Shown in pieces: positions 8,935 through 18,748 of a DNA stretch of 64,000 nucleotides; the first letter of the stretch is position 1; every line of letters begins with the position of its first letter. The position numbers and the translations under genes were made by a program. The DNA is from an uncultured Holophaga sp. (GTDB lineage: Bacteria; Acidobacteriota; Holophagae; Holophagales; Holophagaceae), in assembly GCA_963664825.1 (NCBI GenBank), contig OY761614.1:1248001-1312000 (forward strand). The letters run 5' to 3'. Under the pieces are notes generated by a model. It ran no database searches, was not told where the DNA came from, and worked only from the letters and a program-made list of their open reading frames with translations.

Positions 8935-9306
8935 ATGGACTCCTCCGATGAACGCAGGGATGGCCGCCGCCTGTTTCTGGGCCCGGAGCATTCCATTCAC
9001 TTTCTGGTGAAAGGCCACCCTTTCCGCCAGGTCCGGATCACCAATGTGAGCCTGGGTGGATGCTTCGCGATGGTCGGCCTACGGGACCAGGGCCTCTTCG
9101 CGCCTGAGACGATCCTGGAACAACTGGGCTTCGAACACCCCGATCTGCCCCAGGGCTCCATCACCGCCCAGGTCCGCTACGCCATCGGCGCCCAGACGGG
9201 GCAGCCCGGCCTGGAATTCATGGGAATCGGCATCGGCTTCACCACCATGCCCCCGGAAGCCCGGGAGGGCCTTGCGGCCTTCCTGGCGGCCTCCCTGGGG
9301 GCCTAG
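8935..9306 (+). CDS. PilZ domain protein
   Basis: RxxxR (RRDGRR) and NVSLGG c-di-GMP binding motifs. Confidence 0.8.
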   Translation: MDSSDERRDGRRLFLGPEHSIHFLVKGHPFRQVRITNVSLGGCFAMVGLRDQGLFAPETILEQLGFEHPDLPQGSITAQVRYAIGAQTGQPGLEFMGIGIGFTTMPPEAREGLAAFLAASLGA

Positions 9307-10109
9307 TGGGTGTCGCTCCAGGCCTTGGCGGCCTGGAGATCGGCCCAGACCGCACGCCGCACCTCCTGGGTGTACTGGCGCAGCACATAGGCGGGATGGA
9401 AGGTGGGCATGACGGGAATGCCCCCCAGCATCTCCAGACGCTGCCACTGGCCGCGGGTCCGCGTGATGCCTGTCGTCACGCCCAGGAGCTCCCGCAGGGG
9501 TGTGGCTCCCAGTGTGATGATCACGGCCGGATGCACCAGTTCGATCTGCCGCCGGAGGTAGCCCATGCAGCGCTGGGCCTCCTGGGGAGTGGGGGTGCGA
9601 TTATCCGGGGGACGGCATTTCACGATATTGGAGATATAGACATCGGCGCGCTGGAGGCCGAGGGCTCCGATCATCTTGTCCAGCAGCTCGCCGGCCTTCC
9701 CCACGAAGGGACGGCCCTGCAGATCCTCATCCCGGCCCGGGCCCTCCCCGATGAACATGAGTCTCGAGGTGGCGCTGCCTTCCCCGAAGACGAAGCGGAG
9801 GCGACCCGGGCCCAGGGGGCAGGCCAGGCACCCCTGGATGCAGCCCTCCAAGGCCTCCAGGCTCGAGGCGGCGGCGAGGGCCTCCGGAGGCGGACAACCC
9901 ACGGGATCCGTGGGAGGCGCGAAGGCAGGGGGAGCCACTGGCCGCCTTGGGGGCACGGGAGTGGGCTCACTGGGCCGGGATGCGGGCTCCGGTTGAGACT
10001 CCAGGGGAGGCGGCACCAGCCCCATCAGGCCCAGGTCCTCCAGGGCGTCGCGCCAGGGTCCCAGGGGCCCTTCCCAAGTTGCACGCTCGTGACCCTTCCC
10101 GTTCCCCAT
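9303..10109 (-). CDS. Uracil-DNA glycosylase family 4
   Basis: CLACPL, GEGPGRDED..GRPFVG, KCRPPDNR, TFHPAY. Confidence 0.93.
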   Translation of the reverse strand: MGNGKGHERATWEGPLGPWRDALEDLGLMGLVPPPLESQPEPASRPSEPTPVPPRRPVAPPAFAPPTDPVGCPPPEALAAASSLEALEGCIQGCLACPLGPGRLRFVFGEGSATSRLMFIGEGPGRDEDLQGRPFVGKAGELLDKMIGALGLQRADVYISNIVKCRPPDNRTPTPQEAQRCMGYLRRQIELVHPAVIITLGATPLRELLGVTTGITRTRGQWQRLEMLGGIPVMPTFHPAYVLRQYTQEVRRAVWADLQAAKAWSDTH

Positions 10110-10198
10110 GTCCCCTAGACTACTTGGTCTCGGGGCTCTCGACCCCGGGGCCGGGGAACATTGTCCACCCCAGGCGCATTGGATTGCCGGAGCCCCGC

Positions 10199-10717
10199 AT
10201 GCAGCTTCTGAACAACAGCACCACTCCCTTTGGCCCCCATTCCCAATTCCATGAGGCCTTTGCAGCGCTCTATCCCCGTCTCGTCAGCTACGCCCTCCGC
10301 TATGGCGCGAGGTATCCCGAGGATATCGCCCAGGAGGCCTTCGTCATCCTCATGCAGCGTGAAGTCGCCGTGGATCACCCCACGGCCTTCCTCTATGGCA
10401 CCGTGCGCACCCTGGCTCTCACCGAACGCCGCCCCATGAAGAACAAGAACCTCAGCCTGGAATCCGTGATGGAACCCGGTCGCCCGGCCGAGGCCGACGA
10501 GATGCTGCTCAGCGCCGAGGTTCGCGAACGCATGCGCACCCTGTCCCCCACCTTCCGCGAAGCGCTCTGGCTCTTCGTGGTGGAAGGCCTGTCCATCAAG
10601 GAAATCGCCGATATCCTGGCCATTCCCCAGGCCACCGTCAAGACCCGCATCTTCAGGGCCAAGGCCCAGCTTCGCGATCTATTGAATCCATCTGGAGGCA
10701 TCCATGTCCTGGCTTGA
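10199..10717 (+). CDS. ECF RNA polymerase sigma factor
   Basis: EDIAQEAF (region 2); GLSIKEIADILAIPQATVKTRIFRAK (region 4). Confidence 0.88.
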   Translation: MQLLNNSTTPFGPHSQFHEAFAALYPRLVSYALRYGARYPEDIAQEAFVILMQREVAVDHPTAFLYGTVRTLALTERRPMKNKNLSLESVMEPGRPAEADEMLLSAEVRERMRTLSPTFREALWLFVVEGLSIKEIADILAIPQATVKTRIFRAKAQLRDLLNPSGGIHVLA

Positions 10718-11210
10718 TCCCGCCCGCATTGGCGAATCCGCCGAAGATCGCGCACTCCGCGAGGAGCTCCGCGGGCTCCTGGGCGGCCCCGCCGCCAACT
10801 TCTTCCAGGCCGAGGCCACCCCTGAGATCATCGCCCTGGCCGAGGATCTCCGCCGGGAAGCCGAGCGCCGTCGGCGCACCTCTCGCCAGCGGCCCAGCTG
10901 GATGCTCCTGGCCGCGGCCCTTCCCTTCGCCCTTGTGCTCACGGGCATGGGCCTCTGGGGCTTCCACCAAAAGCAGCGCGCCGATATCCTCGCCCAGAAT
11001 CTCGTTCATCAGGACCAGGAACACCGCGCCCAGCTCGTGGCCGTGAGTGACCAGCTCAAGACCGAACGCGAGGCCCGGGAGGCATTCATCCGCACCCTGC
11101 AGAAGGAAGGCCCCAAGAGCCCCCGACGCCAAGGCAAGGAACTGGTGATCCCCGTGAACCGCAGTCCCCTTCCCTCCGCCGCCGACACCCAGATGGTGAA
11201 GGGCCACTGA
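10704..11210 (+). CDS. Putative single-pass anti-sigma factor
   Basis: Overlaps the end of the sigma gene; one TM helix followed by a coiled coil. Confidence 0.6.
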   Translation: MSWLDPARIGESAEDRALREELRGLLGGPAANFFQAEATPEIIALAEDLRREAERRRRTSRQRPSWMLLAAALPFALVLTGMGLWGFHQKQRADILAQNLVHQDQEHRAQLVAVSDQLKTEREAREAFIRTLQKEGPKSPRRQGKELVIPVNRSPLPSAADTQMVKGH

Positions 11211-11232
11211 TCGAGGAGCACCCATTCAAGCG

Positions 11233-11418
11233 AAGGGCGGCGTAGCGCTGGGAGACCAGGTTCGCCGCCCTTTGTGATTCATGCCGATTCGCACTCAATA
11301 ATCGAGAATGTAGTCGGGCGTTCGAAGTCGCTCCGCATCGCAGCCTCGGCCCCTGGCCGGTCTGCGCTGCTGCGCTTGACGCGCTCTGCTTCGCAGATCG
11401 CTATCTTCGAACGCACCC
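11233..11418. repeat. REP-like nested palindromes
   Basis: AAGGGCGGCG/CGCCGCCCTT and GGGCGTTCGAAG/CTTCGAACGCACCC inverted arms. Confidence 0.55.
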
Positions 11419-11469
11419 TGGTATCAAGCCCCGGCGAAGCCGCTACGATGAAGGAAACGGAGGCGTTCC

Positions 11470-11754
11470 ATGAGCAACGGCCTGCTCTTCCTCATCCTGA
11501 TGGTCTCGGCTCTGGCCGCAGTCCTCGCGGGCATGGCGGTCTTCAGCAATAGCCGCCCCCCTGATTCCCGAGTCAACCAACTCATGGACGACATGGATGA
11601 GATCAAGGGGCTGGTCAACCAGCTCCAGAAATCCGTGCTCCAGATCGAGCGGAAGATGGACAAGGACACCAAGGATGGCCGCGCCGAGCTGAAGGATCTC
11701 CTCGAGCGCATGGCTGATCGCATCGACAAGCGCCTTCAGGAAACGGCTGGCTGA
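11470..11754 (+). CDS. Small membrane-anchored coiled-coil protein
   Basis: N-terminal TM helix, GGAGG RBS, typical codon usage. Confidence 0.7.
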   Translation: MSNGLLFLILMVSALAAVLAGMAVFSNSRPPDSRVNQLMDDMDEIKGLVNQLQKSVLQIERKMDKDTKDGRAELKDLLERMADRIDKRLQETAG

Positions 11755-11884
11755 ATCCCTTTGCGCTCGTTGCGTTCTTTGCGGTGACAGGACGCTGCCG
11801 GAGGGGGCTCTCACCGTCCAGAACGCCAAGAAAAGACTGCGATCACCAGGAGGGCTGGCCTCAGCCCCAAAACCTCGAGGGTGG

Positions 11885-13795
11885 CTAGCCCGCCTGGGAC
11901 TGAAGTCCCGGCGTCCAACCCTTCTCGTTGAGCAGGCGGACCCCCACGATGCGGCTCAGGCGGAAGGACATCTCCTCCTGATGTAGGTGGCAGAAGGCGC
12001 GGAGATGCTCGCCATCCACGGCCTGGGGCGTGACGCGGCGCAGCTGGCTCCGGTGGGCGGCCAGGGGCATGTAGGTCAGTTCGGCCATCAGGTTGTAGGT
12101 GACACCGTATTCCAGGATGCGCTGGGTCTCTTCGGTGGCCTGGGGACCACCCCCCAGGTTCAGCATGGGAATCCGGCGCTGGACCTCGGTGTAGAGGGCG
12201 GGATCCTCGCTCTGGATGCGCTGAAGGGCGGCCTGGATCATCTGCCTCACGGGCTCCAGGTAGTGGTTCATGCCCTTCTCGTTGACGAAGGCGAGGCAGG
12301 CCAGGGCCCAGAGATACAGCGATTCGTCGCCATCTAGGCTGAGGGGCAGGAAGCGGCCCGGCTTGGGCAGGAAGCCCGCCTGCTTGAGCAGGGCGAAGGC
12401 ATTGCCGGGGCCGCTGGCCTGCAGCACCGTCTCCGAGATCGCCTTGAGACCCAGGGGGGCCATTTCTGGCCGGAGCAGCAGTTCCTCGGCCAATTCCTTC
12501 GTGCGGGCCTTCACGAGCCTCACACCCTGGACCACCTCCACCTCGCCGAGGCGGTTACCCAGATCGTCCAGCAGCTGCGTTAGGGTCTGGGGAATGCCCG
12601 TGTTCCCGCTCCCCAGGCGCATCCTCAATTCCTCGATGCTCAACCCAGCATCCAGGGCGCGGATGAGGGTATCGGGCCCCAGACGCAGGCCCATCATGGT
12701 GTCCATGGATTCCACGTCGCCAAGCTGGGCCAGGCGCAGGAGCCGGTGAGGGTTCTGACCCATGGGCGTGAGGAGTTCGAGATTGGGCTGGACCACCAGG
12801 GGCTGCTCGGCCAGGAAGGGCACCCAGTGGGCCTCCGTGCCCCTGTGATCCCGCAGCAGGTATTCCTGGGCCAGGGCTTCGCCATGGGCCGTGAGCATCA
12901 CGTGCTCCCGCTCCGCATCCATGGCCACGATCCCCATCCGGCGGAGGAAGGGCAGGAAGACATCCCGGGTGCGGTCCACATTCAACGCGTGCAGGGTCCT
13001 GAGGAAGGCCAGGAAGGGATGGATGGAGAGGATCTGCCCCCGGCGTTCCAGGAGGTGACGCATGAGGAAGGCCCGATCCTCCGCTGGAGGCATGGTCCAG
13101 AGCTTGAGATCGTCCTCCAAGAGCTTGGCGAAGGCCCGCTCCGCCACCCAGCGGGGGGGGTGCAGCAGCACGGCTGGCAGCAGGGTATCGACGCGGCCCT
13201 CCCGGCTCCAGAGCAGACCCAGGCGGTGCAGAAGGGCGAAGGCCAGGGTGGCATCCCGCTCTTCCTTGAGATGGGAATTGCGATTCAGGAGCTGGCCCAG
13301 TTCCTTCTTGGCCGGCAGGCCCCCCTTGAGGACCCGGATGCCCCCCATGCAGCGGAGCAGCACCGAAGTCAGCGCCAGGGAGAATCCGTAGAGGGGCGCC
13401 TCTTCCACCTGGGTGCCGAGTTCGGCCTGAAAGTTGAGGGCGCTCTCGTCGAAGTCCGCCAGGGCATCGGCAATGCGGGCTGCGAGCGTCCAGCCCTCCG
13501 GAGCAGGCAGTACCAGGCCGAGATCGGCCAGGAGGGGCACGAAAGCCTCGGCGGGCTGGGCGCCATCCTCGGCCAGCCGCTTGAGGGCCTTCAGATGAGC
13601 GCTATCGAGATCGGCCAGGGCGTTGGTGAGGTTCCGATTTTCCTCGAGATGGAAGGCCATGGTCTTGAGCAGGCGCACGCGCCCCTCGGCCCCCTCTTCC
13701 CAATGTTGAGGCAGCGGCAACTTCCTGCGCTCACAGATCCTGCGAAGTTGCTCATCACTGCAATGGGACAGCAACTGGTAGTGGGTCTGAGCCAT
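11885..13795 (-). CDS. Helicase-associated (Helicase_C_3-like) protein with C-terminal WYL domain
   Basis: PLVVQPNLELL..TLIRALDAGLS..IPQTL; C-terminal RRVTPQAV..LRAFCHL..SFRLSRI. Confidence 0.8.
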   Translation of the reverse strand: MAQTHYQLLSHCSDEQLRRICERRKLPLPQHWEEGAEGRVRLLKTMAFHLEENRNLTNALADLDSAHLKALKRLAEDGAQPAEAFVPLLADLGLVLPAPEGWTLAARIADALADFDESALNFQAELGTQVEEAPLYGFSLALTSVLLRCMGGIRVLKGGLPAKKELGQLLNRNSHLKEERDATLAFALLHRLGLLWSREGRVDTLLPAVLLHPPRWVAERAFAKLLEDDLKLWTMPPAEDRAFLMRHLLERRGQILSIHPFLAFLRTLHALNVDRTRDVFLPFLRRMGIVAMDAEREHVMLTAHGEALAQEYLLRDHRGTEAHWVPFLAEQPLVVQPNLELLTPMGQNPHRLLRLAQLGDVESMDTMMGLRLGPDTLIRALDAGLSIEELRMRLGSGNTGIPQTLTQLLDDLGNRLGEVEVVQGVRLVKARTKELAEELLLRPEMAPLGLKAISETVLQASGPGNAFALLKQAGFLPKPGRFLPLSLDGDESLYLWALACLAFVNEKGMNHYLEPVRQMIQAALQRIQSEDPALYTEVQRRIPMLNLGGGPQATEETQRILEYGVTYNLMAELTYMPLAAHRSQLRRVTPQAVDGEHLRAFCHLHQEEMSFRLSRIVGVRLLNEKGWTPGLQSQAG

Positions 13796-13950
13796 GGAAC
13801 CTCGCCCGCACCCGCATGTACAGGTGATCGATCAGGCTCTCACGGAAGGCCCGCAAAAGCCAGTTTTCTTCTCCATCGGTATCCTCCTACACCCTTCGTT
13901 GACCCTCTTGGAATCCCGCTCTAGGCTCAAGGGTTTGAGTAGGTCTTCCA

Positions 13951-15696
13951 TTGATCGCACTCCGTCCAGAGAATCCCCTGATCGTCCAGAGCGATCGCAC
14001 GCTGCTATTGGAGGTCGCCCATCCGGCTTTCGAGCAGGTGCGGGACGAACTGGCCCGCTTCGCCGAACTGGTGAAGAGCCCCGAGCACATCCATACCTAC
14101 CGCATCACGCCCCTTTCCCTCTGGAACGCCTCGGCCTCGGGCGTCCCCTGCGATGAGATCCTGGAGACCCTCGAGCGCTGGTCCAGATACCCCCTACCTC
14201 AGAATCTCCTCCAGGAGATCCGGGACCATGCCACGCGCTACGGGAAGTTGAAGCTCGTGCGCAGGGGTGAGCGCCTAGCCCTGGAGACTTCCGACCGGGG
14301 CCTCTTCTGGGAGCTCGAAAACCAGAAGAACCTCCAGGGCCTCCTGGCCGAACCCTATCCCGACCAGCGGGGCGTCTATTTGCAGGAGGGCATGAGGGGC
14401 GAGGCCAAGCTCCAGCTCGTCCGCCTGGGCCATCCCGTGCAGGACATGGCCGGCTACAAGGATGGCGACGCCCTGCCCTTCCAACTTTCCGCGAATTTGG
14501 CAGGCACCGGACGCCCCTTCCGCCTCCGGGCCTACCAGAAGGCCGCGGCGGACGTCTTCCATGCGGGAGGTGGGCCCGAGGGCGGCGCTGGGGTATTGGT
14601 GCTGCCCTGCGGCGCGGGCAAGACCGTCATCGGCATCGCCTGCATGGCCCGGCTCCAGACCCATACGCTGGTGCTCACCACCAATGTGACGGCCGTGAAG
14701 CAGTGGAAGCAGGAGCTTCTCGACAAGACCACCCTCACCGAGGACCAGATCGGGCTCTACACCGGCGACACCAAGGAGATCAAGCCCGTCACCATCGCCA
14801 CCTACCAGATCCTCACCTATCGCCGCAGCAAGGGCGCGGCCTTCGAACACTTTAAGATTTTCGAGGCCGCCAACTGGGGTCTGGTGATCTATGACGAAGT
14901 GCACATGCTCCCCGCGCCGATCTTCCGCGCCGTGGCCGAGCTCCAGGCCAAACGCCGCCTGGGCCTCACAGCCACGCTGGTGCGCGAGGATGGCAAGGAG
15001 GAGGATGTCTTCTCGCTGATCGGCCCGAAGCGGGTCGATGTGCCCTGGAAGACGCTGGAGAAGGACGGCTTCATCGCCACGGCCCACTGCCTGGAGATCC
15101 GCGTCCCCCTGCCGACCGACGAGCGCATGGAATACGCCGTGGCCGACCAGCGTCAGCGCTTCCGCATCGCCAGCGAGAACAGCATGAAGCTGATGGTCGT
15201 CGACGAACTGCTGAAGGGCCATCCCCACGATCCCGTGCTCGTCATCGGCCAGTACCTCGAGCAGCTCAGGATCCTGGGCGAACGCCTGAAGGCCCCGGTC
15301 CTCACGGGCCAGACGCCCGAGAAGGAACGGGAGCGCCTCTTCGGGGAATTTCGCTCCGGTCACCTCAAGGTCCTCATCGTCAGCAAGGTGGCCAATTTCG
15401 CCATCGATCTGCCCGACGCCTCCGTGGCCATCCAGGTGAGCGGCACCTTCGGCTCTAGGCAGGAAGAAGCCCAGCGCCTGGGGCGCATCCTCCGCCCCAA
15501 GGGCGAACGCAATGTTTCGTACTTCTACAGCCTCATCAGCCGGGACACCAGCGAACAGGAATTCGCTCGCAACCGCCAGCTCTTCCTCACCGAACAGGGC
15601 TACCGCTACCTCATCGAGAGCCGCCACTTCGAGGAGAGCGGACTCCTCAGCGCACCGGTGGTCTGGCCCCAGCTGCTGGAGGAAACCGGCGCCTGA
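13951..15696 (+). CDS. XPB/ERCC3-like DNA repair helicase
   Basis: PLIVQSDRTLLLE, LPCGAGKT, DEVH, SRQEEAQRLGRILRPK. Confidence 0.93.
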   Translation: MIALRPENPLIVQSDRTLLLEVAHPAFEQVRDELARFAELVKSPEHIHTYRITPLSLWNASASGVPCDEILETLERWSRYPLPQNLLQEIRDHATRYGKLKLVRRGERLALETSDRGLFWELENQKNLQGLLAEPYPDQRGVYLQEGMRGEAKLQLVRLGHPVQDMAGYKDGDALPFQLSANLAGTGRPFRLRAYQKAAADVFHAGGGPEGGAGVLVLPCGAGKTVIGIACMARLQTHTLVLTTNVTAVKQWKQELLDKTTLTEDQIGLYTGDTKEIKPVTIATYQILTYRRSKGAAFEHFKIFEAANWGLVIYDEVHMLPAPIFRAVAELQAKRRLGLTATLVREDGKEEDVFSLIGPKRVDVPWKTLEKDGFIATAHCLEIRVPLPTDERMEYAVADQRQRFRIASENSMKLMVVDELLKGHPHDPVLVIGQYLEQLRILGERLKAPVLTGQTPEKERERLFGEFRSGHLKVLIVSKVANFAIDLPDASVAIQVSGTFGSRQEEAQRLGRILRPKGERNVSYFYSLISRDTSEQEFARNRQLFLTEQGYRYLIESRHFEESGLLSAPVVWPQLLEETGA

Positions 15697-15704
15697 GCCT
15701 CATT

Positions 15705-17207
15705 TCACCGCGACACTTCGAAGCTCACGGCATGCACGGGTCCCTCGCCGCAGTCGATCCAGGCCACCTGGGCCCCGAAGGCGCGAGCCAGCTGATGCAC
15801 GCCATCCCGGGTCTCGGGCAAGAGGGCCAGCCTGTACTCGGGGTGCATGGAGATCCTCAGGGTGCCGCCCCGCAGGGTCTCGCCCAGGCGGGCGATCTCC
15901 CGATACACCGCCAGGAGGGCGGTCTCGGGACTGAGGCGGCGCCCCGAACCATCACAGTGGGGGCAGGGAGCGGTCAGGATGCGGTCCAGGCTGGGACCCG
16001 TGCGCTTGCGGGTCATCTCTACCAGGCCGAAGTCGCTTATCTCCACGGCCCGCGCGTGATTGCGGTCTCGCTGGAGCTCCTCCTGGAGGCGGTTCATGAC
16101 GGTCTCCCGATGAGCGGCCTCCATCATGTCGATGAAATCGATGACGATGATGCCGCCCATGTTGCGCAGGCGCAGCTGGCGCACCACCTCGGGAATGGCC
16201 TCCAGGTTGGTGAGGAAGACCGTCTCCTCCAGATCCTTTTTGCCCACGAACTTGCCGGTGTTCACATCCACGCTCACCAGCGCTTCGGTCTGGTTGATGA
16301 CCAGGGAGCCTCCCTGCTTGAGGAAGACCTTGGGGTGGCGCGCCAGTTCGACTTCCTTCTCAATGCCGAAGGCGTCGAAGATGGGCAGATCGCTGGTGAA
16401 ATGTTTCACGCGACTGACCCATTCCGGGTGCAGCCGGGCCACGAAATCCACCACCTCCTGATAGGTATCCGGACTATCCACCCAGAAGCTGGCCACCTCC
16501 TCCCGGAAGAGATCCCGCAATACCTTCTGGAGCAGGCGCGAATCCTGCCACACGAGGCAGGGCGCATGGCACTGGCCACTGCGGGCGCGCACCTCGGCCC
16601 AGAGTTCCCGGAGGAAGGCCACGTCGGCCACCAGGTCCTCGTCCTTTTCGCCGATGGCCGCGGTGCGCACGATGAAGCCCTCGCCGGCCTGGGTGTGGCT
16701 CTTGATGAGCTGGCGCAGCCGGTCCCGTTCCATGGGGTCCGTGATCTTGCGGCTGATACCCACGTGTTCCACGCCCGGCATGAATACGAGAAAGCGCCCG
16801 GGGAAACTGATATGCCGCGAGAGCCTGGGCCCCTTGGTGCCGATGGGGTCCTTCACCACCTGCACCAGCACGTCCTCGCCTTCCTTCACGGGAGGGAGCA
16901 CCACCGGGAGCGCTTCGAACTCGAGAACCGCCTCGGGATCCTCCTCTTCGGCGCTCTCCTCAATCCCCAGCCGGTGGGCCTCGGGCTCATCCAGGTAGAG
17001 GAAGCCATCCTTGGGGCCGCCGATGGCCACGAAGGCGCTCTGCATGCCCTGCAGCAGCTTGGCCACCCGGCCCTTGTAGACATCCCCCACCTGACTGATA
17101 TGGGAACTGCGTTCAATAAAGAGCTCGCACACCTGCCCATTCTCAAGAAGGGCGATGCGCGTCTCCAGGGGGGTCGCATTGACCACCAGGGATCGGCGGA
17201 CTTCCAT
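15705..17207 (-). CDS. rng: Ribonuclease G (Rne/Rng family)
   Basis: S1 domain, KDPIGTKGPRL, VDVNTG, GGIIVIDFIDM, CPHCDG. Confidence 0.92.
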   Translation of the reverse strand: MEVRRSLVVNATPLETRIALLENGQVCELFIERSSHISQVGDVYKGRVAKLLQGMQSAFVAIGGPKDGFLYLDEPEAHRLGIEESAEEEDPEAVLEFEALPVVLPPVKEGEDVLVQVVKDPIGTKGPRLSRHISFPGRFLVFMPGVEHVGISRKITDPMERDRLRQLIKSHTQAGEGFIVRTAAIGEKDEDLVADVAFLRELWAEVRARSGQCHAPCLVWQDSRLLQKVLRDLFREEVASFWVDSPDTYQEVVDFVARLHPEWVSRVKHFTSDLPIFDAFGIEKEVELARHPKVFLKQGGSLVINQTEALVSVDVNTGKFVGKKDLEETVFLTNLEAIPEVVRQLRLRNMGGIIVIDFIDMMEAAHRETVMNRLQEELQRDRNHARAVEISDFGLVEMTRKRTGPSLDRILTAPCPHCDGSGRRLSPETALLAVYREIARLGETLRGGTLRISMHPEYRLALLPETRDGVHQLARAFGAQVAWIDCGEGPVHAVSFEVSR

Positions 17208-17341
17208 GGCTAAAACCTCTCTTCGAACTCGGCGAAGATGCGGCGCGCATCCCCCCAGGTTCCCGCGGGCGTACCAGTCCGTAGGACATCCTTTTTTTAC
17301 CAGGACCCGAGAAACCTGGGAAGGCCTTCGTTCAAGTATTT

Positions 17342-17737
17342 TCAGGCGAAGGCGTCGGTCACGCCTGGAGTCCTCTCCTGGTGTGCCTTCGAAGTGATCC
17401 TGTTCCGCTCGTCCACGAACACCACCCTGGGCTCGTGATGCTGGGCCTCGGCCTCGGTCAGGTAGCCATAGGCCGCCAGGATCACCAGATCTCCCTTGGT
17501 GACCAGATGGGCCGCGGCGCCATTGATCCCCACTTCACCGGAGCCTGGCTGACCCGGGATGACGTAGGTCGAGAGGCGCGACCCGTTGGTGATGTCATAG
17601 ATATCGATTTTCTCGTTTTCCATGAAGCCGGCCGCTTCGATGAGGAGGGGATCGATGGTGATCGAACCCACATAGTCCAGATCGGCCCGGGTGACGGTGA
17701 CGCGATGGATCTTGCCGAGCAGGAATTGTCGAAGCAT
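17342..17737 (-). CDS. panD: Aspartate 1-decarboxylase
   Basis: [24 protein letters not shown]. Confidence 0.96.
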   Translation of the reverse strand: MLRQFLLGKIHRVTVTRADLDYVGSITIDPLLIEAAGFMENEKIDIYDITNGSRLSTYVIPGQPGSGEVGINGAAAHLVTKGDLVILAAYGYLTEAEAQHHEPRVVFVDERNRITSKAHQERTPGVTDAFA

Positions 17738-17842
17738 GGTGGCCTCCGGGTCCAGGCCTCCCCAGGAGGTCCCGGCCTATCTAAATCATCGCGCCTTGAA
17801 GGATTCCCGTCCAGGACGCCGTGACCAGCATCCGCGCGGGCC

Positions 17843-18733
17843 CTAGTCCATCTCCAGATGGCTTGTGAAATGGGCCGAATCGGGATCGGGAGCCAGGAGC
17901 ACGTTATCGATGAGGCGGGTCTTGCCGATGATGGCCGCCACGCACATGGCGGCGGTCCGCGTCACCTCTTGACCCAGGGGGTCTAAGCTCTGGGCATCCA
18001 CCAATGCCAGGTACTGCAGCTCGTCGACTTCCCCCAGGTGGGGGCGGGCCAATTCCAGAAGGCGTTCCGAACGACGCTCCCCTGCCTGGAAGGCCTCCTC
18101 GGCCGCGAAGAGACCCCGGCTCAGACAGAGGGCCCGCTTGCGATCCGCCGGGCTGAGATAGGCATTCCGGCTGCTGAGGGCCAACCCGTCGGCCTCCCGC
18201 ACGATGGGCGCCACCACGATATCGACGGGCATGTTCAGGTCCCGGACGATACGGCGGATCACGACGGTCTGCTGCAGATCCTTCTGGCCGAAGAAGGCCA
18301 GATCCGGCAGCACCATGTTGAAGAGCTTGGCCACGACGGTGGCGACCCCCCGGAAATGCCCGGGCCGGAAGGCCCCGCAGAGTTCATTGCCGAGCTGGCC
18401 GGGTTCCACGAAGGTGCAGAAACCCGTGGGATAGACCTCGGAGACCTCAGGTAGGAAGAGCACGCTGACGCCCAGTTTGAGGCAGAGGGCCTGATCCCGG
18501 TCCAGGTCCCGGGGATAGTTGGCAAGATCTTCCGTGGGACCGAATTGGGCGGGGTTCACGAAGATGGAGACCACGGTGTGATCGCAGCGGGCTGTGCTCT
18601 GCCGGATCAGCGCGGCATGGCCCTCGTGGAGAAAGCCCATGGTAGGCACGAAGCCGATGCGGCTACCATTCTCCCGCAGCGCCTTGAGAACAGCACGCAG
18701 CTCAGGGATGGTACGAACGATTCGCATGGACAA
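17843..18733 (-). CDS. panC: Pantoate-beta-alanine ligase
   Basis: PTMGFLHEGH, RPGHFRGV, FGQKD, LALSSRN. Confidence 0.96.
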   Translation of the reverse strand: MSMRIVRTIPELRAVLKALRENGSRIGFVPTMGFLHEGHAALIRQSTARCDHTVVSIFVNPAQFGPTEDLANYPRDLDRDQALCLKLGVSVLFLPEVSEVYPTGFCTFVEPGQLGNELCGAFRPGHFRGVATVVAKLFNMVLPDLAFFGQKDLQQTVVIRRIVRDLNMPVDIVVAPIVREADGLALSSRNAYLSPADRKRALCLSRGLFAAEEAFQAGERRSERLLELARPHLGEVDELQYLALVDAQSLDPLGQEVTRTAAMCVAAIIGKTRLIDNVLLAPDPDSAHFTSHLEMD

Positions 18734-18748
18734 TGGGGGGACTCCCGT

